In this document: piece by piece, positions 1 to 8,125 of the stretch
How the letters are laid out: each line of letters begins with the position of its first letter
Position numbering within the stretch: the stretch's first letter is position 1
Source of the DNA: Rhodoferax sp.
Lineage (GTDB): Bacteria > Pseudomonadota > Gammaproteobacteria > Burkholderiales > Burkholderiaceae_C
NCBI GenBank assembly: GCA_031396205.1
Contig: JANNKH010000114.1
Coordinates: 14,083 to 78,082 of the forward strand
Reading direction: 5' to 3'
DNA length: 64,000 nucleotides
Translations under genes and position numbers: made by a program
The notes under the pieces: generated by a model
What the model saw: the letters and a program-made list of their open reading frames with translations, nothing else
Database searches by the model: none
Told to the model about the DNA's origin: nothing

Positions 1-292
1 CTGAACAACGAAGACGAGCAGCGCGCGGTGTGCGCCCGCAAACCCCCGCGCCCGCCAGACCAACCATGCAGCGATGCCCATGCATGCATACAGAACCGTC
101 CACACGGGCCCAAACAACCACCCCGGCGGCGCCCAGGACGGGCGAACAAGCTCACGATAGAACTCACCCGAGTTTGCTGACGCGAGCCCGCCGACAGCGG
201 CCGCAGCAAAGGCCAGCAGCAAAGGCCAGCAGCAACCAGCCGGCGAGGCCAATGGCTTGCTGTGCAACTGATAGGGGAGCAAGGCGCGACAT
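1..292 (-). pseudogene. tspO: TspO/MBR tryptophan-rich sensory protein gene, 5' portion (continues past window start), frameshifted by a 13-bp tandem duplication
   Basis: My own translation; the gene is not in the ORF track because it is split and runs off the edge. The minus-strand ATG at 292 opens MSRLAPLSVAQQAIGLAGWLLLAFAA and hits TGA soon after the duplicated 13-mer. The shifted frame from 168 down to base 1 reads GEFYRELVRPSWAPPGWLFGPVWTVLYACMGIAAWLVWRARGFAGAHRALLVFVVQ, which is the TspO WxPPxW/FGPVW core. Removing one 13-bp unit joins the two parts in frame. Confidence 0.7.
203..235. repeat. Perfect 13-bp tandem duplication (gcagcaaaggcca x2) plus a 7-nt partial third copy
   Basis: Read directly: 203-215 and 216-228 are identical, and 229-235 repeats the first 7 nt. 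The repeat lies inside the first TM-coding part of tspO. Confidence 0.9.
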
Positions 293-424
293 AGGCGATC
301 AATTCTTTAAGTCAAGCGGGAGACGACGGCTGGCTGCCACGCGGCAAGCTAGCCATGCGATAGTGGGGCAGCCAGCCGTTGGCTCTACGCAATAACGGAT
401 TAGGCCATGACGCACCTTCTGCGT

Positions 425-895
425 TCACTGGCGTTGCGGGATGAGCAGTTCAAGCACTTGGTCTCCCAACGCGTCCGTTGCGCCTGTAGCCCGCCACCCA
501 AGGCGCCGATAAAAGCCGTAAGAGCGTACCGCAGGGTCCGCTGAGCAACCAAGGAACAGACGACTGTGCCCGACTGCGCGCAAGTTCTCAACCACCTGCT
601 CCAGCAGGCGTCGTCCGAGGCCAATGCCCTCGTATTCAGGCAAGAGCGCAAGAACGACAACTTCGCCGGTTCGAGCGTCACCGAAGCAATACCCAACCAG
701 ACTGCCCTTTGCCCGACAGACATAGCCTGGCAGGACGCCAGCCGCGATATCTGCGCCCCAACTGGCAGCCGTGATTCCAATCTCGCGCAGCCTGGACTCA
801 GAAACGGCGTTCTCGCGCGTGCGACCTCGAAGAGCAACACACTCCGTGGCGTCACTGCGCAGCGCAGGACTCAGGGAAAGACGCGTCGACTGCAC
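425..895 (-). CDS. GNAT family N-acetyltransferase
   Basis: ORF 425..1015. The C-terminal part has the GNAT acetyl-CoA motif region (VVVLALLPEYEGIGLGRRLLEQVVENLRAVGHSRLFLG ... FYRRLGW). The first ~40 codons of the ORF are Arg-rich junk, so I placed the start at the in-frame GTG at 895 (uncertain). Confidence 0.75.
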   Translation of the reverse strand: MQSTRLSLSPALRSDATECVALRGRTRENAVSESRLREIGITAASWGADIAAGVLPGYVCRAKGSLVGYCFGDARTGEVVVLALLPEYEGIGLGRRLLEQVVENLRAVGHSRLFLGCSADPAVRSYGFYRRLGWRATGATDALGDQVLELLIPQRQ

Positions 896-1339
896 GGTGT
901 TCTGTCTTCGTGACCTAACGAATCGCGCTTGTCTGCCGTGCAATCGAGTTTGTTGCAACCTGGAGCACCGCCTGCGGCGGATAGACCTTGCTGGACAGAA
1001 CCTGACCATGAGCAATGGCGACAGGGCTCCACAATCCGGTCAGTCATCATGGGTTGGAATACTACTGCGAACTGGTGACTCCTGCACAGGATGAACCCGT
1101 CCTTTCGACCAAGTCCTGCCAGGCTCGTAGCGACCAATGACGGACATCCGTTGAACTTTCTGAAGTCGGAAATTCGCTGTCGATGATGGCATGGCGCTGC
1201 CTCGTTGCCTGGGGCGCTCTGGCATGTCATCCTGGCTGAAATGACGGAAATCAACTGGCTTGCAACCGACTCCGCTCACATTTGAATGCTGTATCCCTCG
1301 CACTGGCGTGAAGGGCAGTGAATCGAGGGTGAAACACCA

Positions 1340-1987
1340 ATGCAGCTTCCCTTTTCCATCGAGCAGTTCTTCGGCGTGTTTCACAACTACAACACGGCGG
1401 TATGGCCTGCCCAGGTGTTTCTACTTTTGCTCGCACTGATGGCCATCGCTCTGGTGCTGGTCCGGCGGAGTTGGTCCGGCCTGGCCATTTCGGCCATCCT
1501 CGCGTTTCTTTGGATATGGCTGGGCTTGGTCTACCACCTCGCATTCTTCTCGGCCATCAATCCGGTTGCCTACGTCTTCGCCGGCGTGTCAGTTGCGGGC
1601 GGTTTTGTCTTCTTCTGGCAAGGCGTCGTTCGTCGCCGGCTTGATTTCCAGTGGACTCCTGGCGCTCGCTCATATACCGGCCTCTTTTTCATAGTGTTCG
1701 CGCTCATCGTGTATCCGGCCTGGTCGGTATTCGCGGGCCACGGCTATCCTGCATTTCCTACGTTCGGCCTTCCTTGCCCGACGACGATTTTCACGATTGG
1801 ATTGCTTGCACTCACGGTCGCGCCGTACCCGCGCAGCCCATTGATGGTGCCTGTCCTATGGTGTTTCGTTGGGGGACAGGCGGCATTTCTCTTGGACGTG
1901 CCACCTGATTCAGGGCTCATTGCCGCAGGGGTGGTGGGCATTGTTCTGCTCATGCGTTCCGGAGGCGCCATGACGAACTCCGGATAA
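1340..1987 (+). CDS. DUF6064-like polytopic membrane protein
   Basis: 215-aa ORF with several hydrophobic helices. The N-terminus LPFSIEQFFGVFHNYNTAVWPAQ matches my recollection of the DUF6064 family. Confidence 0.65.
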   Translation: MQLPFSIEQFFGVFHNYNTAVWPAQVFLLLLALMAIALVLVRRSWSGLAISAILAFLWIWLGLVYHLAFFSAINPVAYVFAGVSVAGGFVFFWQGVVRRRLDFQWTPGARSYTGLFFIVFALIVYPAWSVFAGHGYPAFPTFGLPCPTTIFTIGLLALTVAPYPRSPLMVPVLWCFVGGQAAFLLDVPPDSGLIAAGVVGIVLLMRSGGAMTNSG

Positions 1988-1999
1988 TCGCACTCGGTA

Positions 2000-2499
2000 G
2001 ATTCGACGTCGGGAGTACCCAGCGGCTGTCGGATCGGATGCCGCAGGCGCGTGGTCAACATGTGTCGATGGGAGCGTCGCGTTGACATCGCTGATAGCCG
2101 TGTCGATGCCAATACCAATGGCTGCAACCCCTATGACAGTCCAGCCTTCGGTCGCCTCGGGAGCGCCGAGACGAGTAATTGCCTTCCACCCCAAGGACCC
2201 CATGCCACCAACAGCGACACTGCGTTGATGAAGGCGGCCAGTACGGACCCACGTCTCCAGACGTCGGTGTGTCGGTCGTCGGCCTTGAGTTTTACAGCCA
2301 TGGCTGCGCCCCAAGCCAGTACCAGGCCGGCCATATTATTGCTCGGGTTGTGGTCGGCATCCGCCAACAGTGCCAGCGAGTTGACCTTCCAGCCGTAGAA
2401 CCTTTTCACCAATACGAAGCCCAAGTTGAGCCCTGTTCCGATGGCAAATGCTTTGCTGAAGTCCTGGGGCGCACGCGCATGCGCGTTGTGGTCGTGCAA
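2000..2499 (-). pseudogene. Decayed cation diffusion facilitator (CzcD-like) transporter, multiple frameshifts and 3' truncation
   Basis: Frame 1 (2131..2499) gives the CDF N-terminus HDHNAH...FAIGTGLNLGFVLV..YGWKVNSLALLADA.HN...WRRGSVLAAFINAVSLLVA. The continuation GSLGWKAITRLGAPEATEGWTVIGVAAIGIGIDTA is in a second frame (ORF 1910..2314). The sequence expected after that is neither in frame nor complete. The lower boundary is approximate. Confidence 0.7.
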
Positions 2500-2632
2500 G
2501 CTGGTTTCCCGTTCGTCTCAAGGCTTTCGGACAAGCGCGCGATCCCGATGGGAGCCGGTGGCGACCACTTCCAACACGGCACCATACTTGCTGATGCTGT
2601 CGTCGGCAGCTACGTCATGTGTGGAACGGCCC

Positions 2633-4624
2633 TCATGACACAGTCACCAGTTTGGTGAGTTCGTCGATGCCAACGGGCGGTTTGGCAAGCCACGGCAATG
2701 CATAGGTCTTCTTTGCCAATCCCTCAGAGATGCGTGCCACCTGCTTTGCCTCTCCAGCAAGACGTGCGATAAGAAGCGGGTCTTTGGTGCCGGCGGCCAA
2801 TATGCTCTTGTTGATGACCCAGGCGAAGGGCTCAATCTTTGCCCTGCGCAGGTCTTCTTGCAGGGCCTGCGCCTGCAACACAGGGGTGGTCTCTGGCAAC
2901 GTGACCAGAATGATTTTCGTGTACGCGGGATCTTGAAGGCGCATCAACGGTGTGACGAAGCGCGCGGAACCCTTGCCCTCAAGCTCCCGCGTCATCTGCC
3001 TGTGATAGGCACCGGTGGCATCCATCAGCAACATGGAGTGGCCCGTCGGTGCAGTATCCAGGACCACGAAGGAACTGCGTGCCTCGCTGACGATATGCGA
3101 GAACGCATGGAATACGGCAACCTCCTCGGTACAAGGAGAACGCAGATCTTCCAGCATCAAGGCGCGCTCTTGCTCATTGAGTTCGGCCCCCTTTGTCGCC
3201 ATGATCTTGTCGACGTAGCGCTGGGTTTCCACGACAGGGTCGATGCGGTCCACACGCAAGCCATCTACAGCACCGCTCAAGGTCGTTGCCAGGTGTGAAG
3301 CCGGGTCCGTGGTGCTCAGATGGACGGACTTGCCACGCAGGACCAGGCCCAGGGCGAGCGCCGCAGCAATGGTCGTCTTTCCGACCCCGCCCTTACCCAT
3401 CACCATGATGAGACCGTGCCCAGCCTGGACCAGGTCTTCGACCAGCGCATCCAATCCCATGCCCTCTTTCATCGTCGGAACTTCGGATGGGTGCGTTGTG
3501 ACTGTGAGCGCACCAGTGTCGAGAAGCGCCTGCAAAGCTGGCAAGCCAACGGTGTCGAATGACCGCAGCGGTACCTGGTCCTGGCCCAGCAGGCGCAGGT
3601 TCTGCGGCATTTCAGCGATGGCCTGGTGGCCCAGGGCCTCCATGGCCATGGCGACCGCATCGTTCTTGTCTGTCGCCCGGAAAACGCCGTTCATTACGAG
3701 CCATTGGTTACCCAGTCCCAGTGTCCGCAGTTCTTCGGAGGTCCGTGATGCTTCGGCAATCGCTCCCTTCTCGGGACGTGTCACCAGCACCACGGTAGTC
3801 ATTGCAGGATTGGACAAAGCATCAAGCGCAGCCTTGAACCGAACTTCCTGCATCTTCAAACCGGAGTGCGGACCCAAGCAGGAAGCTCCACGGTCATTCC
3901 CAGCCAGGAAGCCCGACCAGGCCTTTGGCAAACTCAGTAAACGCAGGGTGTGCCCGGTCGGCGCGGTGTCGAAGATGATGTGGTCGTAGTTCGGGTTCTC
4001 ATCGGCCAGCAGTGACGAGAACTCGTCGAAGGATGCAATCTCGGTCGTACAGGCGCCGGACAACTGCTCTCTCACCGTGGCAATATCAGTGTCGGACGTG
4101 TCCTGGCCCATCTGCCCGACGACACGTTGCCGATAGGCTTGTGCAGCCGCGTCGGGGTCAATGTTCAGTACCGACAGCCCCGGGGCCCCGGGAACCTTAG
4201 TCGCCTGGTTGCTCAGCGCAACACCCAGCATGGCATCCAGATTGGAAGCGGAATCCGTGCTCACCAGAAGCACTCTCTTGCCGCTGTCGGCCAAGTACAG
4301 CGCCACTGCAGCGGAAAGAGACGTCTTGCCAACCCCGCCCTTGCCGGTAAAGAAGATGTGCCTGGTCGGCTGACTCAGCAAATCCAGCGGCTTGGGCTTC
4401 AACCAGGTTTCCACCTTTTCATGGGAGGGAATACCACCGCTGTGGACGAGCTTGCCGTCCACGGTTACTGCGGGGGTGGCTTTGATGCCAAGCCGTGTGC
4501 GCTCCGACTGGCTCTCGTTCATGGACAGCTGCACTTCAATGCCCAAGGTTTTGGCCGCTCGCTCGACCATGGCCGCAGTGCTTTGGCATTTGCTGCACCC
4601 TGAACCCAAGACCACGACTTCCAT
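2633..4624 (-). CDS. arsA: Arsenite-pump ATPase ArsA with an N-terminal CxxC thioredoxin-like (TM0996/MTH895-type) domain fusion
   Basis: 663-aa ORF. Residues ~1-78 (MEVVVLGSGCSKCQ...TPAVTVDGKLVHSGG) form a small redox-disulfide domain. Two ArsA halves follow, each with a GKGGVGKT P-loop and DTAPTGH, plus SGACTTEIASFDEF and RSPCTEEVAVFHAF. Confidence 0.85.
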   Translation of the reverse strand: MEVVVLGSGCSKCQSTAAMVERAAKTLGIEVQLSMNESQSERTRLGIKATPAVTVDGKLVHSGGIPSHEKVETWLKPKPLDLLSQPTRHIFFTGKGGVGKTSLSAAVALYLADSGKRVLLVSTDSASNLDAMLGVALSNQATKVPGAPGLSVLNIDPDAAAQAYRQRVVGQMGQDTSDTDIATVREQLSGACTTEIASFDEFSSLLADENPNYDHIIFDTAPTGHTLRLLSLPKAWSGFLAGNDRGASCLGPHSGLKMQEVRFKAALDALSNPAMTTVVLVTRPEKGAIAEASRTSEELRTLGLGNQWLVMNGVFRATDKNDAVAMAMEALGHQAIAEMPQNLRLLGQDQVPLRSFDTVGLPALQALLDTGALTVTTHPSEVPTMKEGMGLDALVEDLVQAGHGLIMVMGKGGVGKTTIAAALALGLVLRGKSVHLSTTDPASHLATTLSGAVDGLRVDRIDPVVETQRYVDKIMATKGAELNEQERALMLEDLRSPCTEEVAVFHAFSHIVSEARSSFVVLDTAPTGHSMLLMDATGAYHRQMTRELEGKGSARFVTPLMRLQDPAYTKIILVTLPETTPVLQAQALQEDLRRAKIEPFAWVINKSILAAGTKDPLLIARLAGEAKQVARISEGLAKKTYALPWLAKPPVGIDELTKLVTVS

Positions 4625-5214
4625 ATCATCTCACTTCGAAGAAAAACGTACGGCTGTGCTTGCCGAATTGACCGAATGGGGATGCGCGGCATGCAGGTTT
4701 ACCTTCACATTGGCCGACGCAGGCCTTGAGCGTGCGGCATCCAGGTTGAGGCGCTGGATGGCAGAATCGCAAGCTCCTCGTCCAAGTTGGATGTCGTGCA
4801 AATGCTGTCAGCGCCTCGCCAGTACCAAAATTTCCATCTTGCCCACGGCTCCCGCATTTCCGCAGCTTTTATGTTGGTGGAAGGCTGCAGGGCAGCCAAT
4901 GACCAGGGTCAAGTCGTCGCCAAATACTTGGGCATGTCGGATGCACCCATCAAGCGTAGTCCACGACGAGTTGCCCGTACGGACAATGGCACAGTCGACC
5001 CCTTCAGTCTGTTCGCTCGCCCACAAAGAAGCGACGCAATTTGATGGGCCGGGACTGTCGCAATATCAGCGTACGACCGGAACCGGGCGTTGCGATTTAA
5101 GCTGCGAGCGCGCAGAATTGCCTCTCGGATTTGGCCTGCGGGTGCCGCATTGGTTTTATAGGACATGTGGGCAACTTCGGCGGTAAGTGCCGCCTGTGCG
5201 AGTCTTCAACGATT

Positions 5215-5355
5215 GTGTCGAAGCCAAAACTTCTCGCAGGTGGAAATCCGCAGATTGCCAAAGCGGATGGCGATGACCCAGTGCAGGCCTGTATTTTGGC
5301 CGTCCCAGGATGAAAGAGTGACGTAACGTGCCGCCTGGGTGTGCTCATCAGACCT
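5215..5355 (+). pseudogene. DUF1801 (YdhG-like) gene remnant with internal TGA and 3' truncation
   Basis: From GTG at 5215: SKPKLLAGGNPQIAKADGDDPVQACILAVPG, then TGA (5311-5313) where the family has Trp as I recall it. The frame then continues KSDVTCRLGVLI. The rest of the gene is missing before the next CDS at 5370. Confidence 0.5.
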
Positions 5356-5369
5356 CCAAGGAAATTTAG

Positions 5370-6023
5370 ATGCAGAAACTGGTGGTACGCGGGTATGCCC
5401 TATCAATCGACGGGTTTAGCTCCGCGCAAGGACAAAGCTTGGAAAACCCGTTCGGCAAGAACGGCCTTGCGCTGATGGACTGGTTTTTTCCAACCCGAAC
5501 CTGCCGAAAAATGTTTGGGCAGGAAGGTGGAAGCACAGGAATTGATGACGATTTCATGGCCAAGGCCTTTGAAAATGTTGGCGCCAATATTCTGGGTCGC
5601 AACATGTTCGGACCGGTACGCGGTCCCTGGGTCGATGTTGAATGGAAAGGTTGGTGGGGTGCCAATCCTGTCTACCATGCGCCCGTTTTTGTAGTAACGA
5701 ATCACGCGCGCGCGGCATTGCCGATGGAAGGTGGGACAACCTTTCACTTTGTAACCGATGGCATCGAGTCTGCATTGCAACAAGCCTTTGCCGCTGCACA
5801 GGGGAAAGACGTCCGCTTGGGCGGAGGCGCGACACTGGTTCGCCAATATCTCAGGGCGAGATTGGTCGACGAACTGCATCTTGTAATTACCAACAAATTG
5901 TTAGGTTCTGGTGAGCGCCTGTTTGAAGGAACGGACAACATTGCACGAGACTACGAATGCGTGGAGCTAGTTGCATCTGAGGCCGTCACCCATGTGCGGC
6001 TCGTGAAGAGGGACCAAAAATAA
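5370..6023 (+). CDS. Dihydrofolate reductase-like (RibD C-terminal domain) family protein
   Basis: 217-aa ORF. ILGRNMF...GWWGANPVYHAPVFVVTNH...RLGGGATLVRQYLRARLVDELHLVI is typical of the RibD_C/YwjB-like family. Confidence 0.8.
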   Translation: MQKLVVRGYALSIDGFSSAQGQSLENPFGKNGLALMDWFFPTRTCRKMFGQEGGSTGIDDDFMAKAFENVGANILGRNMFGPVRGPWVDVEWKGWWGANPVYHAPVFVVTNHARAALPMEGGTTFHFVTDGIESALQQAFAAAQGKDVRLGGGATLVRQYLRARLVDELHLVITNKLLGSGERLFEGTDNIARDYECVELVASEAVTHVRLVKRDQK

Positions 6024-6116
6024 AGTACTGTTCTGCGCCTTCAACGCAGCTTGAATTTTTCGTTGGAACCCGGACAGGGGTTCTCCGCCGTTGAACAAAA
6101 TGGGGCAACTTCAACC

Positions 6117-6345
6117 GTGTTCTCACACATCTTCGTTGGCGTCAGTGATTTCGAAAGGGCGCTTGGCTTCTACAACCCCATGACGTCAGCGCTTGGGATT
6201 GAGGCTCGCTTCTGTGCGAGAGCGTCCGGGGGCCGGCTGGCTGGCAGTCGAGTCCCGACCCAAGGCCGCTCTTCCTCATTGATTCACTCAACGACAAACT
6301 GGCACACGGACCCGGGAGTGACCAGACCATAAGAAGGAGCATTTT
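6117..6345 (+). pseudogene. VOC (glyoxalase/bleomycin-resistance fold) gene remnant, frameshifted and truncated
   Basis: VFSHIFVGVSDFERALGFYNPMTSALGIEARFC runs from GTG at 6117. The expected continuation is split over other frames (RPGAGW..., then PLFLIDSLNDKLAHGPGSDQ) and ends at the RBS of the next gene. Confidence 0.6.
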
Positions 6346-6348
6346 CAC

Positions 6349-6879
6349 ATGGCGAAGCTCGTCTTTGGAATGAACCAGTCATTAGATGGCTACATCGACC
6401 ACTTGGCGTTCGCGCCGGGCCCATTGCTCTTTCGTCACTTCATCGAGCAGGTTCGCGGCCTGACCGGCAGTGTGTACGGTCGCCGCATGTATGAGGTGAT
6501 GCGCTATTGGGACGGGGAACATCCCGAGTGGGACGCGGCGGAACGCGACTTCGCTACCGTTTGGCGAAATCAGCGAAAGTGGGTTGTGTCACGTACGCTC
6601 AAGTCTGTCGGTGTCAATGCCACGCTCGTCACGAATGACGTGGTTGCAACAAGCCGCCAGCTGAAGGCCGAAGTTGATGGAGAGATAGACGTTGCAGGCC
6701 CGGACCTGGCACGGAGCCTGACCGACGCCGGCCTAATTGATGAATATCGAATCTACCTACATCCAGTCGTGCTGGGTTCCGGCAAACCCTTCTTCGCCGG
6801 CCCTCGTCCGCGACTCCGCCTTCAAGCTACCGAGCGAATGGACGAGGACGTGATGAGGTTGACCTACGTTCCTGCCTAG
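6349..6879 (+). CDS. Dihydrofolate reductase-like (RibD C-terminal domain) family protein, second copy
   Basis: 176-aa ORF with AAGGAG-like RBS (aagaaggag) upstream. MAKLVFGMNQSLDGYI...DVAGPDLARSL...IDEYRIYLHPVVLGSGKPFF. Confidence 0.8.
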   Translation: MAKLVFGMNQSLDGYIDHLAFAPGPLLFRHFIEQVRGLTGSVYGRRMYEVMRYWDGEHPEWDAAERDFATVWRNQRKWVVSRTLKSVGVNATLVTNDVVATSRQLKAEVDGEIDVAGPDLARSLTDAGLIDEYRIYLHPVVLGSGKPFFAGPRPRLRLQATERMDEDVMRLTYVPA

Positions 6880-7208
6880 CCGCCCGATGGGCCGCTCCAG
6901 CCATCTTGCAATGTTTCGCAGTGCTGACTGCGCGTGCGCCGCGGGCTGGTTTGCACAAAGACAATGGCCACCTGGGTTTTGGTTCGGTGAACAACGAAAT
7001 AGGCCTCTGCCTGTCAACTGATCGTTGAGAGAGGCTGTAAATCAAGGCCCGAAAAAGCCGTTTGCAACCCCTTATTGGAACGGCTAGCGTTTCCTATGGG
7101 GCTTTTGAATCGGTCCGCATTTCGCAGACGCCGGATTTGCTCGCTTCGACCAGGACCAGACGTTCGCATCGGGCACACAAGCGAAAACTCAAGCGCGTGC
7201 GAATGTAG

Positions 7209-7565
7209 TCATGCTGACGAAAGATTGATGCTTGCCTGCACTTCATTCCAAGGAGCAGTCAATTTTCGGCCTTCCCATACCAAAAGTCCTCCTGACTCCA
7301 GGGCGCTCACGTCCTGATGCACATTCTTGTAGTCGCGACCCAATGACGCAGCCAGTTCACGCACGCTTGCCGCACCATGCTGTCGCACGAATCGCAATAG
7401 TTCCAGCCTGCGTGGGGACAGTGTCTCCGTCATCGCCTGAAAACTGAGGAAGGTCACATGCGCTTCATCGACAGGCTCACCCGTCTGCGCGCGACGCCAC
7501 GCATCGACGAAGCGCTTGCCCATCGCCGCCAGGTCATCGACATGCACTTGGATTTTCGTCGCCAT
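7209..7565 (-). CDS. Winged-helix DNA-binding antitoxin (TumA / HVO_A0114-like)
   Basis: Within ORF 7209..7652, with the start placed at ATG 7565, 4 nt after the toxin stop. RRLELLRFVRQHGAASVRELAASLGRDYKNVHQDVSALESGGLL is a wHTH. Confidence 0.7.
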   Translation of the reverse strand: MATKIQVHVDDLAAMGKRFVDAWRRAQTGEPVDEAHVTFLSFQAMTETLSPRRLELLRFVRQHGAASVRELAASLGRDYKNVHQDVSALESGGLLVWEGRKLTAPWNEVQASINLSSA

Positions 7566-7569
7566 GGTG

Positions 7570-7872
7570 TTATTCCTTCCGTTGCAAATCATCCCGGCGG
7601 ACACTTTCAATATCCGCCAGGAAGTCAGAGATAAGTTGCTCCACTGACACAAACCGGTATCGCAGTTCTCGGCCCGTTATGTGCTTGTGGTCACCCCTGC
7701 CGCGCTCATTGTCGTAACCCACCAGGCGCTTACCAGCATGGCCGTAGTACAGGTTGTATTTCAGTCCATGCGGACGTTCCGTGTCGGCCGTGGCAAGCTG
7801 CCAGATGGTCATTTCGACAATCGACCCGTCGGGCAAAGTTGCCTTGTCATGAAACAGCTTTTCCGCCTTCAT
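7570..7872 (-). CDS. TumE-family (DUF6516) toxin-antitoxin system protein
   Basis: 100-aa ORF. GSIVEMTIWQL...HGLKYNLYYGHAGKRLVGYDNERGRGDHKHITGRELRYRFVSVEQLISDFLADI matches the DUF6516/TumE pattern as I recall it. Confidence 0.7.
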   Translation of the reverse strand: MKAEKLFHDKATLPDGSIVEMTIWQLATADTERPHGLKYNLYYGHAGKRLVGYDNERGRGDHKHITGRELRYRFVSVEQLISDFLADIESVRRDDLQRKE

Positions 7873-7874
7873 TT

Positions 7875-7917
7875 ATGGTGCAGCGTACCATCGGATATTG
7901 ATGGTGTCAAACACCAT
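7875..7917. promoter_or_regulatory. Two ATGGT..ACCAT dyads just upstream of the TA operon (putative operator)
   Basis: 7901-7917 is ATGGTGTcaaACACCAT (7-bp arms). 7875-7891 is ATGGTgcagcgtACCAT (5-bp arms). Both lie 3-45 nt upstream of the toxin start codon at 7872. Confidence 0.5.
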
Positions 7918-8125
7918 AATTGTGCATTGCCTGTCGAACACCTGGTCATCACCGTGAGTGTCCGCTTCCCGTCACGCTGCAGGTCCGCTTTGGGCACTTA
8001 GCGGCCAGACATGACTGACCGTTCGGGGGCAGCCCCAACCGATGGCCATTCAAAACAAGGACGTGATGTTGGATGCGACGCCCCCTCCATTTGCTCATGC
8101 CCAACGGCCACCCGTCATCCCCGCT

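Noticed and set aside
203-235. Tandem repeat as a CRISPR array or minisatellite.
   Set aside because: There are only 2.5 copies of a 13-mer with no spacers, inside a coding region. It is a simple duplication.
30-395. 121-aa plus-strand ORF at the window start (Pro/Ala/Arg/Gln-rich).
   Set aside because: It is the antisense shadow of the tspO gene and has no motif or plausible fold.
871-1384. Minus-strand ORFs 871..1254 and 1040..1384 in the GNAT/DUF6064 intergenic region.
   Set aside because: They have no recognisable family, they overlap each other and the DUF6064 start, and their codon usage looks non-coding. I cannot support a CDS.
4625-5030. Possible ArsD or second thioredoxin-like remnant upstream of arsA. 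A small ORF begins MEILVL, like the MEVVVL start of the ArsA N-domain, and there is an NL..P segment vaguely like ArsD NLAQQP.
   Set aside because: The similarity is a handful of residues scattered over several frames, and no CC/CxxC motif is recoverable. This is too weak to call without a BLASTX or HMM search.
1-8000. Genomic island or mobile element call for the decayed left-hand patch.
   Set aside because: I found no integrase, transposase, tRNA attachment site or flanking direct repeats. I report it only as a compositionally distinct, eroded accessory region.
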